NCBI GenBank assembly: GCA_028534125.1
Contig: CM052816.1
Coordinates: 59,832,001-59,896,000, forward strand
Origin: Lama glama
Taxonomy: Eukaryota
DNA length: 64,000 bases
Direction of reading: 5' to 3'
Shown here: piece by piece, positions 38,085 through 51,759 of the stretch
Layout: each line of letters starts with the position of its first letter
How positions within the stretch are numbered: the first letter of the stretch is position 1
Translations under genes and position numbers: made by a program
Notes under the pieces: generated by a model
What the model saw: only the letters and a program-made list of their open reading frames with translations
The model's database searches: none
What the model was told of the DNA's origin: nothing

Positions 38085-38200
38085 CTGCTTAACTAACCCC
38101 CTCTGTTTACAAGGAGGAAACTGAGACCCAGAAATGTATCAATATCTGTTGAAGGTCACGGAAAGGTGGGACAGAATATAGTTCATTATTCTTTTTACTA
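38085..38200 (-). mobile_element. MIR fragment
   Basis: tttacaaggaggaaactgagacccagaaa. Confidence 0.65.
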
Positions 38201-38374
38201 CATCAGTCATTTTAGCAGGCAACAGGATGGACTGCGCTTCTTGCGTAAAATGCCTCCCTTGCCCAGAGATACTGCTGGCTGGGTGTGAACATGAACAGAG
38301 CCACAACCCTCAACTTTTCTCTTTAACTCCATGCCTCTGCTCAGAAAGAGTCAGCAATCTCTGTTTCATCCCAG

Positions 38375-38430
38375 GAAAGCCATCTGGAAGGGTTCCGCGG
38401 CAGCCCACAAAGATCACCATGACTTCCAAG
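38375..38430 (+). other. Candidate exon, possibly start-codon-bearing (ATG ACT TCC AAG = MTSK at 38419-38430)
   Basis: Acceptor ctctgtttcatcccag, Kozak caccATGa, strong donor AAG|GTGAGC, and locally retained CpGs. Confidence 0.45.
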
Positions 38431-38892
38431 GTGAGCCTGCCAGATCATCAGTCCTGTCGCATCCTCGGGGGAGGGGGCAGGTCAGTGGCGATTCTGTCAT
38501 GAAATACACGAGGGAAAAACTAGCATATTCGCTTGTCAGTGCCTTACAATAGGCTACCTGACTTGGTTGAACCATGGTATCTCCAATTAGTTTGAACACT
38601 GTTTCCTGCCTCCTTTATTTTTTTTATACACCTATTATTAATCCACAGAGTTGTATTCTATGGAATGCACCTCGTGAATCCTGCCCTAGAGAATGTCTTC
38701 TGCCCACCCTGGTGTCCACAGAGGTTAAGCAGAGCTTCACTGCTGGGGGTGTTCGTTTCATCACTTTTTGTATAGGATCTAGAGTATCAGTTACCGTGAC
38801 ACATGACAAGTCAATAATGCTTGTTAGAGGATGTGCTGCTAAGTTTCTTCCACAGGCTTTGACAGAATAAAAACATCAGATCCTTATTCAGA

Positions 38893-38981
38893 AACAGAGA
38901 AAGGGAGAAAGAGAAAGAGAGAGAGGGAGGGATGGAAGGAGGGAAAGAGAAAGAAAGAAGAAAGAAAGAAAAGAAAGAAAA
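38893..38981 (+). repeat. Polypurine (GA/GAAA-rich) simple repeat
   Basis: gagaaagggagaaagagaaagagagagagggagggatggaaggagggaaagagaaagaaagaagaaagaaagaaaagaaagaaa. Confidence 0.9.
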
Positions 38982-41900
38982 TCACCACAAATGCTATGCC
39001 AACATTTTTGTTTTTTCAGGCAACAAATGCACATTTTTCATATTGGATCATAAGTCATATCAAACATAATTCAAGTGATTTTTACAAATATCAATATTTA
39101 TAGGTAAACTGAGATCCCTTTTTCACTATCTCCTTCTGGAAGATCAGTTCTTTCGTTCATGTAAGCAAAATTGAGTCAATTTAAAGAAAATATTTAATAA
39201 ATAGCAGTGCAAGTGATTTTACATGTTGCAAAAATTGCGTAGTTGGAACATGAGTGACTGCAGTTAGAAAAACACTATCCTTGCTTCATAAAAGCCACTG
39301 GCAAACTTCCTTATTTCCCTTTTGCTATTAGCTTCACATATCACTAGACAGTGGGTTGCTCAAAAAGCCATAATTATTGGTGACTTTTATCTCTGTATTA
39401 TATATGGAAATTTCTGTCTGTGTCTAAATCTGATGATAACAGTATCCTGTCAAAAACCAATATGTGAGTTCAGTCCTCTTTGAATCTGCAAGTTGCCCTT
39501 AACCCCTTGAAAATCTTTCTGCATGTGGCTTTGGAGAAAAACAAACAGCAATCATGAGCACACTGTATCTCCACAATGACCAGTCGACTGTTTCAAGGAT
39601 TTCTGATGACACTCATAATTGGAGTGCAAAGAGCCTCCACGGTGACTGCAGGATGTTACTGCAATTTTTCATTTGACTAAATGACTAGAACTGTTATAAA
39701 AATCCTGATATCTGTCATTTAGTATCCTGGAAGGAGTAGAAAATTCACCCCAAAGCAAGGATATTTCAGCTGGGTCAACTGTGCCAACTGAAGCAGTACC
39801 CAACCACCCTCCTGTCTCATGTTCACAGATGGACACAGAGGTACTGATGTTGCAATGGTGTTAAAAATAAAATATCTCCCCATAAGTTTAAACATGATCA
39901 AAAGTAACACTCAGGCAATACCTAGACCTTTCTGCCCACCTCATGTATTCTTCCCTGCCCACATGTCTGCCAACAGAGGGGTTGGATGGCCTGAAAAATG
40001 TATTTTTAGCATAAATCATCTTGTTATAAATCAATCAAAGCATCAAAAGAACAAGCATTTTATTCCTCCTCTTTCCTCTCTCACACACACACACATACAA
40101 GTTTTGCCTTTTCTAGAATGTGAATCCACATGTGAATTTATCTTATCCTTCTTGCATTTTTATATTATCTTAAAACTTTGGATTCTCTCTTTCCAAGAAT
40201 CCAGTAGATCCAAACACTCCCTATTCTTCAGTTCTTAATCTGTTTGTTCCTTGAACAATAGAATTTCAAATTCAGCTTTATGCCATCTTCCTGTCCTCTA
40301 AAAGCAGCTGCTTACACTTGCTGGTTTTTATTAAAGTCATTTCAACATAACTCACTTTGGAGACTGGCTTTCTATAGATAATCAGTAATGATATTTTAAA
40401 CAGTCTTAGCCAAAACTAGGCAAAACTGGTTGAGTCTATGAATCTTTCTAATATAGTCCCAGTGAAGCCATGCTGTGTTAAATTTCCCATGCAAGCACAG
40501 TAAATCTGCTAAAGGAGTAGGTTATAAACTGATATCTGAGAAGCAGGGAGTGAGTTATTCCGTGATCACTGTGTCCTCTGCCTTCTGTCCACAGCAAGGA
40601 CAGGCAGGGTACAGAGTGATGCACAAAAGGCCAACATGGCTGCAAAAACTCATGTTGCCTCTTTGCTTCTGAGCACACAAGGGCTAGGGTCGGCTTACTT
40701 TTAATTTTTTAATTGTGTGTGTGTGTGCTGGCAACAGCAGCTCATCCCTAAGACATAATCCAAACAGAAAAACTATAAGGTTTTCAGACTGGCTCCACAT
40801 GGAGTGTCTACAAAGACTTGCAGTGCACCTTGGATGACTTTCAAGTTTTTTCAAAGCCATCTGGAGTCTTTTAAAGTTGTCATTGTTTAAAGAACTTGCA
40901 GAAAGGGGAGAGAGCATTTTGGATCTCAGGAGAAAAGGAAGAAATAAGATGTAAGGTAGCCAGCAGATGTGGTAGAAAATCAGGTACTGTTCCCTCCAAG
41001 TGCCCTGGCTTTTACCTGCCTTTCTTCTGCTGACTCAGCTGCCCCCTCCTAAGGTGGTTCTTCCTCCGTGAACACCACCTGCCTCAACACACAGAACATG
41101 GGAATCTGCTTCACTTTTTATTAAAAGACTGGGGTCTTCTTATTTCCCAGCATTCCATCTTATTATTGAAATCTATGCAATAGCTGTTTCTTTTTTGTTT
41201 TTCTCCTACTGTTCTGGGCATACATTGCCAAACCTAGTTCTGAATTTGCAACAAGGTAATTCTTATTCTTACAAGTCTCTTCATCAAATTCCGATACATC
41301 AGTATTTTACTAATGGTAACTACTCTGCCTATCATTTCTGGTACATTTAGGCTTTTGATCCCTTCCCTGTAAGATCTCCGTCTCCTTCCATCCCCTCTCA
41401 GTTCCCATTTCTACAAATCTTCTGATTTGAGTCTAACCATTACTCTCCTTCCAGCTTACTCTTCACCATCCACCTGCCGTATTCACCATTTCTCACTCCC
41501 GATATCTTATCTGCTTCCATCAGGATGCCAATTTCTGCTTTACTAACTTAGGTTATTATTTCTTGTTTTTCTTTTTGGCCTTAACTTTCTTCTCTATACC
41601 ATTCTTGCTTTTTGAACACATTTCAAAGATTGTTAGCAAAATGAAATTTTTATGACACAACACTATATTTTAACTGAATTCCCCTTTAAAAGCACAAGAT
41701 AAAAGCACAATTCAAGGAAAAGCTGACCCAGCTTGACCCAACAATGTCTTCAGTGAACTCAAAGATGATTTACTGTCCACACATCTATTCACAAGCATAC
41801 CCCACTGGTATCATAGAAACCCCATACGCACTGTTCAGGAGTGAAAGGTACACACAGTTCACATTCTTCCTACTCAAATAATGTGGTTTTAATCAGTAGA

Positions 41901-42297
41901 AGCTAAAAATAGAGATCCCTGGTTCCTGGAAAAGGTTGACTCTAATTTCTCTTTCCAAGGAATTGGAAATGAGATGTCGAAGGGTCTCTGCCTCCTGGGA
42001 ACATCCAGAAAAAAAAAATTCAAAACACATTTCCTCTACCAGTGTTTTCCAAACATAAGAAGGTCCATGAGTATATCAAGGCTTTGAAAAACTTTTCCTA
42101 TGCAATGTAAACCTAGAGAAATACATGGTTTCTACTATAGCACTGAATAGATTTATGAGCCTTGAACTCCTGCAGACAAAGTCAGTCCTAAGCCTATGAA
42201 ATGCAATCTTCTGAAATGCAAAGTTTTCCTGCAAAAGGCTAATTTGCCTACCCCTTGTGTCTTGGAGAGTTACTGAAAGTGTTTGGACATATGCACA

Positions 42298-43110
42298 CAG
42301 CAGTTTCCCCTTATCCATAGGGTGCATTCAGTGGAAGTCTAAAACCACAGATGGTAGCCAACCCTATATACACTGTATTTCTTTCTGATACATACATACC
42401 TATGATAAAGTTTCACTTATAAATTATACACAGCAAGATATTAACAATAACTAATAACAAAATAGAACAATTATAACAATACACTATAATAAAAATTATG
42501 CAAATATAGTCTCTCTCTCAAAATATCTTATTGTAGAACTGTAATTCCTTTTCCATCTCAACTAACCACTTATCACACTATGATGATAACTTTTGCATTT
42601 TGAGGCTCCACAGCAAAGCTAGCTCAAATTTCTTTTACTTTCTTCAGAATTTCACAGAAAGAAGATTTATTCTCACTGTAGATCTTAGCAATCAACATGT
42701 GATTTTTTTTTCTTTACTTATTAAGTCAAGAATTTTCAGCTTTTCTCTTAGAGTAAGCACCTGACAACTTCTCTTTGGCATATCCAAATTGCCATTATCA
42801 CTACTCTTTCACTTCAGGGCCATTATTAAGTAAAATAAGGTTTACTTGAACACAGCACTGCGATACCACGGCTGTCAATCTGGTAACTGAAATGGCTACT
42901 AAGTGACTAATTTGTGGGATACGCTGGACAAAAGAATGATTCACATCCCGGGCGGAAGAGAGAGGGATGAAGCAAGATTTTATCACTACTCAGAACATCA
43001 CGCAATTTAAAACTTACGAATTGTTTATTTCTGGAATTTTCCATGTAATATTTTTGGACTGTGGTTGACCATGGAAATTGAAGCCCTGCATGAGGAGGGA
43101 GGGGCTACTG
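42298..43110. mobile_element. MER44-family (Tigger7-derived) TcMar element, near complete
   Basis: Terminal inverted repeats cagcagtttccccttatcc / ggagggaggggctactg followed by TA; internal catacatacctatgataaagtt and gggccattattaagtaaaataagg. Confidence 0.85.
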
Positions 43111-44947
43111 TATGCATGTATGATGTATGTATATACATGTATGTGTGTATCTATCAATTTATCTATGTGTCTATGTATCTGCAATGGGTTTTTTGGGATT
43201 TGGGGGGTGGTCAATCTGTCCAAACATGGTGAACAGCAAACAATTTATAATGTTCCCTAATTCTCAACTGATTTCATTTATTGTGTGTCATCCCTCTCTG
43301 TTTGGACACATAAAGTTAAGAAAACTGAAGTTCTGAATACGCCTGAGTTATGTGGGGAGGTGAGTTCAGGGTAGTATTAGGAGTCATTTCAGGTAATCTG
43401 GCATAGCGATAACTGAAGATGAGGAAAGCTCAGTAAATACTGATTATGCTCACTTCCTCCCACTCCAGGCCTGAGTGAATCATGCAGAGCTACCAAGCAC
43501 GAGGTCCTGTTTCTACTTCATGATTACTGCATGCTGTCGTGACCATGCAGACTCCGATTACAGTATTTCAGAACACTCATAGTTCTAACTGAGCACCATA
43601 TTTGTCTTCTTCCCTTTTCTATGCAAAGTATTTATGGAGAAGAATGCATTCCCATTATTATCAAAGCTGAAAAACAATAAATACTTATGATCACAAGGTT
43701 CAACAAATTTTCCTGAGAATGGGGAGAGGTATTTTATATTTTGCTATACTGATATGTTACTGAGTCATTTTTCTTCTGGCGGCTAAATTCCTTCAAGGAA
43801 ATAAATTCACAGCAATGAAAAAATTGATTTAAATCTTCTGAGCCATGTAGGGCTAGATTGTTGTCTCTTTTAGGGAAGCAATTTGTCCTTTTCTATCAAT
43901 TAACAGCATTTGTTCATAAACTCAAACACAAACTGAAGTTTAAATCTATGAATATAATCAGGAGAGTATTAAATGAATTATGCTTACTTGTAAGGGAAAA
44001 AAGAGGGATAAAGAGTTAAGTTCTCTAATATACTATTTAGAAAAGAATCAACAGGAGTAAAATAGGGCAATGTTGGCACAAAGAGTCATATCTTACATCT
44101 TCTCTGCTAAGTGATAAAGATCATGTGATTTTAACAGTGAAAAGTGAGATTATGCCTTTGGCTCAGTATTTCAAGGACAAAAGAGGTAATACTAGGTTGT
44201 TAAATGTGCAGTCACCCTTCTTGAAATGCTGCTGTGCAAATGTCAACATCTTCAAACAAATAGCAGGTCATTAAAAAGCTAATAATTAATTCCTAGTCTT
44301 TTGGCTAGAAATCAAAAAGGTGACATGTATCTAATGTATAAAAATCATTGTGATTTAACTATAGAAATGAAAATAGCTACTTCTAGAAATACTTCAGTTG
44401 TAAATTTCTGGGATATAAGAATATTTCTCTATTTTGAATGGTCTTTTGAGAGATGAAACATGAACTGAGAACATGAAATACAAAATTCTAAAGTTCAGGT
44501 AATTTTTTTTTTTTTGTAGTCTGCTGTCAAAGAATGAGTCAGTAACAGAAATGTATACGTTTGAAGGGTTGTACAGTTCAACCTTTGAAACAGTGCATTC
44601 AGTTGAACAATGCCATGGAAAACACCCTCAACTTCTCTAGGTCCAAAAAGTATTTAGGGTGAAATACATTCAATACATTCTGAGCCAAGTGAAACAAAAT
44701 GCGTAGAATAAAAGCACCAGAAAAAAAAACAACATATGTTAAAAGTCAAAAAATGTTTGCCTTTCTGCAGCAGGATATGAGTAAATTTTTTCTACTTTTC
44801 TATCTTTTTTGGTATCTCCTTATTTTCTAGATTCAGCCTTTATAACTTTTATAATCACAAAAGAAAAGGAAGAAAAGAACCTATACTCATTTACTCACTT
44901 ATATACGAAGCATCTGGGGCATGCCATGCTTGACGACAGAGGAGGTA

Positions 44948-45143
44948 TAGCTCATTTCTCAAACAGATCCCAGAACCATGGACATCAGTCTCTTGAGAAG
45001 CTTGGATCTGGAAATCATGGATTTCCAGAGATTACTCTAGATTGAGCTGATTCTTACCCTCTAGAGAGGGGCTCAAGAAGCTGAATACCTGGTAAACCCT
45101 ATCCCCAGGGGATTCTTTCACATGCTAATTTGAGAAACTCTGC
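44948..45143. mobile_element. MER5-like hAT element (degraded)
   Basis: catttctcaaac...ccccaggggattct...tttgagaaactctg. Confidence 0.55.
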
Positions 45144-45286
45144 TACTGAGACACCTTGGAACCTCTATGCCTGATGGATATGGAAGGCCTCCCTGAGTTG
45201 AGACCTACAGAAGAGGTGATTATCAGGTGGAAAAGACATATAAGAGAAGAAAGGCAAGATGTTCTTAATACCCAACCATTCTAGCT

Positions 45287-45481
45287 CAGTATTTCTCCAC
45301 TCTGGTAGTCTATTATAATCACCTGGAACTTTGCTCCTCAAAAATGCCAAGCACTGGCATTAGTTAGGAGCTTATTTAAAATGCAGATCTTCAAGCCACA
45401 GCCCAGATCTAATAAATGTGAATCTGCACTGTAATAAGATTCCTGGATGATTTGAATGCCTGCCAAATTCAGAGAACCACT
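45287..45481. mobile_element. MER5-like hAT element
   Basis: cagtatttctc...ataatcacctggaac; ggagcttatttaaaatgcagat...gaatctgcact...agagaaccact. Confidence 0.65.
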
Positions 45482-48400
45482 TTTGAGAAGCACCCTGGAT
45501 CAGGGCTTGTGAAATGGATACCTTTCATTAATTAACTTTCAGGTAGCATTTTTCACCTGTCTTCACTCCTAAATTTGCATCTGTATTGAGTGGAGTTTTT
45601 CTTTTCTTCGAATAATATTTAAATTGACCAAAATCCTACCGCTTAAACCATTATATAGAATAGTAAGTGAAAGTATCCCTTTCCCCAAGGTAACTGCTGT
45701 TGACAATTTGGTATAAAGCATTCTTGATCTTTCCCCTCAATTTATGGAAATACATCTCAGTTTCTTCCCATATTGGGTCCTCTGCACACACTATTTCCCA
45801 TTCCTGAGAGAGCCTTCTCTCATTATTCACTTGAACTCTGACATCCTTTAGATCACATGTTAAAAAGTCACTTCCTCAAAAAAAAAAAAAATTCTGATCT
45901 TCTCCAGACTAGGTCAGTTTCCCTGTATATATATAGTTTTAATTAATAAAAAAATTTTATTTTACTTTTTTGGCTAGCCAGTAATTTTAGAATTTTCCAG
46001 AACAATTTCAACTAACGGGGGGCATATTTTCTAAAACCCTTAGGTACGCAATGCAGTAAAGCAGTCATCAATAATTCATAAGGTCTTTAAACTTAGCCCA
46101 AGCATGGCAATACTTACAATAGAGTTTTACTGCATAAAAGAATGAATTTCATCTTAGATAGGGAACAGAGTATCAAATCATAAAATTATGAACTCACTTC
46201 CTATTAGATGAGAAATCTAATAGAATTATACCTAAACTTTTTTGGTAATTAAAAAAAAAGTCCTTATAAAATTCTGTTTCCTTCTACGTGAAGTTATTTT
46301 CTTATGGAGTCAAAAATCTGCATAATTTCAAAACTCCTTCTGTGAACTATGCTTACTGTATTTATGTGCTGGTACTTAGCACTGCCAACAAATATGATAT
46401 TCTGTGGTTTAAAATTCTTTAGTTATTATCACAATGCTGTTTACCTTGAATCACAGGGGTCTACACCAGATGTTTACTGTTACTTTATGGTTGACCTGTC
46501 TGCCTTCTCTCTGTGTAATTTTTTATTACAAAATTGAATCAAATTAATTTAGAAACTATTTTAGTCATCTTACAGTTCTTTAAAAAATTGCAAGTCAAGC
46601 ATGCCAAAGTTTTCCTCCCAGACATACTTTTGAATATAGAAGTGTAAGTTATGTCAAATCTTAAAATTTCTATTAAAAATGGGTTGTTACGAAATCAGCT
46701 AGTGTTGAGGTGATTTCTGAAACCACTCCCTCATAAATGTTTTATAATTTTCAAGCTGGCTCCTCATTTTTCCACAACATTTAAATGTTTGATTTTTAAA
46801 TGTTCCTTTTCTCTCCCTTATTTCCAAGTTTTTGCAGTCTCAGACTAGTTTGTTTGACATGTGTTCTGCATGTTGACACTAAACTTTAAAGCTTATTCAT
46901 TTTACCCTTTTTCACATATGAAGCAAGTAATCAGTTAACATTATGGTCAGAACTCACTTCTGGCAGTGATTGATTATGACTGGATGCAGGAGACATTTTC
47001 TTTAAGACACTCAGACCTCCCTCTCAAGTGAGTGTGGGGGTATGAGGTGGTGATGAGAAAGGGAATTACTTTTACAGTGTTGTATGAGACAAACCACAAA
47101 TTCTATGATATTAAGAACCATGTATGCTAGCAGGTGCTTAATGTGTGTTTGTCAATGAAGTTAGTTAATTCTCTGCTACAAGAGACATCATTCAAAATAC
47201 ACCTGATAAACAAAATTTGTTAATTATATTATTCAGTCCCTCTATCTCTTTTCATTTTATTTGGTTTTTGGCTATGTAATCAAAGACTGAGTTAAAAATC
47301 TTTCACTACAGTTGTTCCATTGTGTTTGGCAACTTCTTAATCTCTAGTAATATTCCTGTCCTTGTGAAGCTTACATTCCAATCAAGCAGTCTGTCAATAA
47401 AACAAGCAAGCAAATATACAAAAAAAAAGTATTTGATGGTGATAGATGCTATATTTTCACCATAAATTTTATTCTCAAGCAATATAAAAATATAATCCTA
47501 TTTGTTTTCTGTAATAATTTCTAATTAAATCTTTTTTTGTGCTATCATAGCAATCCGTAATTCTAATTGTTAGCATTTGCCTAATACAATTCTGTCCTTT
47601 TTATTTTTAGTATCTTTGTTATATTTTATTTTGAGAGCTTGTGTCCTTTAATAGCAGAGTACATCCATTCCCATTTGTTATTACAAATGAGATTTGAACT
47701 TATTTATGCCATTAAGTATACAGGGTTTATTATATTACTAATTTATCTGGGGGGAAACTAGGACATTTAAGAAACACAAAGATTAAAGTAGCCTGAAACA
47801 GATTACAAATGAAGAAATAGGATATGAAGGAACCAAGGGAAAAGCATTTGGTCGAAAGATAAAATTTAACAAATTCAAAAAGCTACAGGAAAACCTAGTA
47901 AAGTAATGACTGACTTTGACAGCTGGTCAGCAACAATGGCTCTCCATTCTAGGAAGCTGAGCGGGGAGTGGGAGATAAAAATCTAGTGCAAATAACGTAC
48001 ATTATCTTCTTTAAGAGGTCATCATCTCCTCTCTCTCACTTCATAGCTCTACTCTGTTCATTTCCTTTCTCTTTCCCTCTATTCAGCCTTCTCCCTACAC
48101 ACACACAATTACCAACAGTTGCATTAAGAGGGACCTGGGCACAATCAGCACTCATTCTCAATGAAACATCTATGGCTGTACTGATCATCCAAGCTAATCC
48201 TCTAGAACAGCATTCACTGAACACACCACTGGCATTCAACCAGAAAATATCAATCCCTGCAGGATCAGACCTGTGGCCTTGTGCCACCTGCTCTCAGGGG
48301 TTGATTTTCCAAACTCAGGTGTACTTATTCCAGATTTTATACACTGTGTCTCAGGACTTTAATTTTTTTTTCCTAGAGCCATGGACTCCTCCATGTTCTC

Positions 48401-48734
48401 TTTTGCTTCTTTCTTCTTTGCTACAGAAACAGAGCCTTTTGAGAAAGACTTTTAAACAGACACTCTGTATGATTCTTTAAATGGAAGGAAAAACTAAACT
48501 AAGCTTAAACTCCACTGACTGCCAAGTGAAAAAACAGGTCAGTAGTATTTATATTCAAAGTGTTTTTTTTCTTTAATTGTTTTGATCACTTTTGAAGGAA
48601 CAGCAACATTTATCACTTGGAAATTGCATTAATATCCAATGTTCCCTGCTGGTCTGCAGCCTGTGGCCAAGCTAAGATCATACAGTGAAAGCAATGATCT
48701 TAGAGGAAAGCAACCATGAAGATGCAGAGGATTT

Positions 48735-49190
48735 AAGTTCAGTCCAAAGTGTGTCTCTTTCTAGTTGAGTAAACTTGGACACAGCACTCAATTGTCTGGA
48801 TTTTGGTTTCTTAATTTCTCAACTGTAAAGCGGATATAGCCTCTGCAACATTGTTACTGAATTAACCAAGATTGTGTAATGTATTTGTTTACTATAAACA
48901 GACAAAAGGTATTATAGATTATCAGGAGAGGCAGTATGGCATTATAGAGTTAGAACCAATCAGATTTCTATCCAAATCATCACTTTACCACTTACCAGCT
49001 ATATGAACCTGAGCAAAACGTTTAACTTCTTTGAGCCTGTTTCTCAAATCTGTAAAACAGAGAAAATAAATAGCTAACCTAATATTTTTTGTGAGGATTC
49101 ATAATCATGTATGTTAAATATTTAGAAGTATATAGAAGATGCTCGATATGTATTATGTATTATTGATTTCATTATTACTGCTACAACTGG
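48735..49190 (+). mobile_element. Two adjacent MIR SINEs
   Basis: gagaggcagtatggcatta...cacttaccagctatatgaacctgagcaaa..tttaacttctttgagcctgtttctcaaatctgtaaaa; a weaker copy at 48735-48880. Confidence 0.75.
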
Positions 49191-51759
49191 AAATATCCAA
49201 TTTTTTTTAGTGAGAAAAACCCTTTGTATAAGGAAATATTTTTGTCTACAAACTAGCAGAAGAATGAGATGAATAAAAGTAAAGATGAGATATTTTAGGA
49301 ACAAAAAGCATCTACACTCAGTCTAAAGTCCTGGCTTATTTTCTAGAATATTTCATTTAATTTAGTTTTCCTGAATTTTTCACCAGACTCCTCATAGCTC
49401 ATTGAAAAAGAGCAAGGTTATATAACCAAGACAGAAGCTGTCACAAATCTTATTAACTCCGGATCCCAAAGACCCTTTTCTCCTCCTGTTTTTGCTTGTT
49501 TGCATGCAAATAATGGAGTTTAAATTTACACTGAGGCCATGCATTATTTTGCGTTAGAATTTTTCTCATTACCAACCTAGATACAGTGAAATCTCTAAAT
49601 GAAGCTATTTTACAGTCATATTATATTCTCAAGAGTCATTCTTCTTTACTGATACGTGGCTTGGTATATTCCCCTCCACCTCAACTGGTTTTAGGAGAGA
49701 GAGGTGGAAACAGCTGACGTTCAAAGTGCTCAGAATGAATTGCACAAATCAACACAACAGCCATGGAAAATGCACTCTCATTCAGTTTGAATAAAACCCA
49801 TCCCTGGTTTCAATCCATCACATTCACTTGTATCAGAACATCTCAAGCCAAGATCCTCCTCTACCTCCTTTGAAACACCTTATCTCCCAAATCCACAAAA
49901 CAGATTCAGTTATGTCTCTTCATAATACTGAAATTATAATTATATGTTTGATTCTAAATGTTAGCCTGGATCTCTCATTCCAAATTAAATTAATTCTCAA
50001 AAGCAATCCTAAATCAGAGATACCCATATGCTCTCAAGTCAAACACAGGCATGCAACGCTATTTCTAGAATGTTACTTTATTATGTAATCATCAGTGATT
50101 TCATGTTTAGGATTTTCTCTTATACTGACTGCAGGAAAATCTAGGTTAGTAAATATGATATCATATATAACTCCTGGACAAATTATGTCAGTAACACCTG
50201 CAGATCATATATAGAAACATCAGGACAGAAGCCAGAAAAGGACGCTGGAGCACAGCCAAACTCGTCTCAGAGGCCATATCTAGTACAAGTGAAGCAGCAC
50301 TGAACTGAGTTTGCATGTGACAGATGGGCCCCCAAAGACATTGCTGTATCATCAGTCATCATCATTGTTATTTGGAGGTGCCTCCTGGCATGACAATGAA
50401 GCTTAAGGGAAAGAGGAGACAATCCCAATTTACTAGAAAGCTATTAGTATCTCTGTTGACTAAACTAGTTTATTTTCTTCTTTTTTAATGTTACACCCTA
50501 AACCATACACCCCAGATATCATGGTTGCTTCCATATAGACATGAGGAAAGCTACCATCAAGTAGAGGAAAGAAATACATAGGAGCCCTTTATGAAGAAGC
50601 AAAGTACACATAGAAAGCCATGACTAAGAAGCCAAACCATGCAGCCAGGAGGACAAGCAGTGCTCAGAAAGAGATGTCTTTATTTGAAGAAAAATACAAC
50701 AGCCTTGGAGGTGATTACCTGGTTAGATTCTAATAAGTTTACCATTCTCTGACATACCAAAGATTTATCCAGCTCAGAGCTGTCTTACACAGTGACCCTG
50801 AGCACTTTTTTCTGGAAGGGTCTGACTGCAGTCATTGTCAGTGACTTTAATTAAAAAAAAAAGATTAGGTGTGTACTGAGACCTCTTATCTTTTTATAAC
50901 ATGTGTAAAGTTATCCTGGAAAAGTTTACGGGGTTCCCCACAGGAATTGTAGCTGGTGGGATGGTTCTTTAACTGTCTGTACTAAACTCCCAATTAAAAA
51001 GAACTTATTCCTGGACAGAAGGGATTCTCAAAGCCTTAGCTGATGGTTGGTCAGAAAATGGAATATGGAGCAGATCCTATCATTCACAGGAAGGAAAAGA
51101 AGGTAGTAGGCCAGAGTGCCTTTCATTTATCATTCTCAGAGAATATCAGAAACCAGAGATTAAGAATAATCTTAAATTGTGTCATCTCCCCCATGTTGAC
51201 TTTACTCTGACTCTTTCCCAATACAAATCTAAAAAGACATATAGGAACTTCTTGGACAATTTTTGGTTGAAAGTCTATAATCAGGAGGATAAGGAGAATG
51301 TCAAAGTTTCAAAAGCTACTTTCATCTGGAAATCAAACCTTTCACCTCTGCTTCCAGCTAGGCCAGAGAGTTAGAGATGAGAGGCCCAAGCTCTGTCCAG
51401 AGTGGGGAGACTGGTCAGAGAGCTCCTTGCCACTGAGTTGGGTCACAAGCACCCATTTCCGTGGTTTAGAGTAAAGACCTAGACATGACCCACCTCCTCT
51501 CAACCCTGGTGATCTGCAGAGAGGGCTTGTGTTGGTGCCACATACAGCTGAAGAAGACAATGGAAAGAAAAGTGAAAAAATTGTTCTTGAGAGGCTGTAA
51601 CTTCAGAACAACCTTGGCATGAATCTAGACCTATGGTATGCCACCTGTTTGAGGTAGCCCAGACAATAGAACCTCAGGTGTCTTACAAATTCAAAGGCAA
51701 ATCCCCTCTAACTTAGCTTACTCAAAAAGAAATAGAAATATTGATTAGCCCCTAATAAT

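Noticed and set aside
38419..38430. ATGACTTCCAAG matches the start of CXCL8 (IL8) and TUB coding sequences as I recall them
   Set aside because: The match is only 12 nt and the following sequence does not continue either protein, so no gene symbol is assigned.
47968..48480. Longest ORF in the track (170 aa)
   Set aside because: GTG start, pyrimidine-rich low-complexity L/F/S composition, and no recognisable domain.
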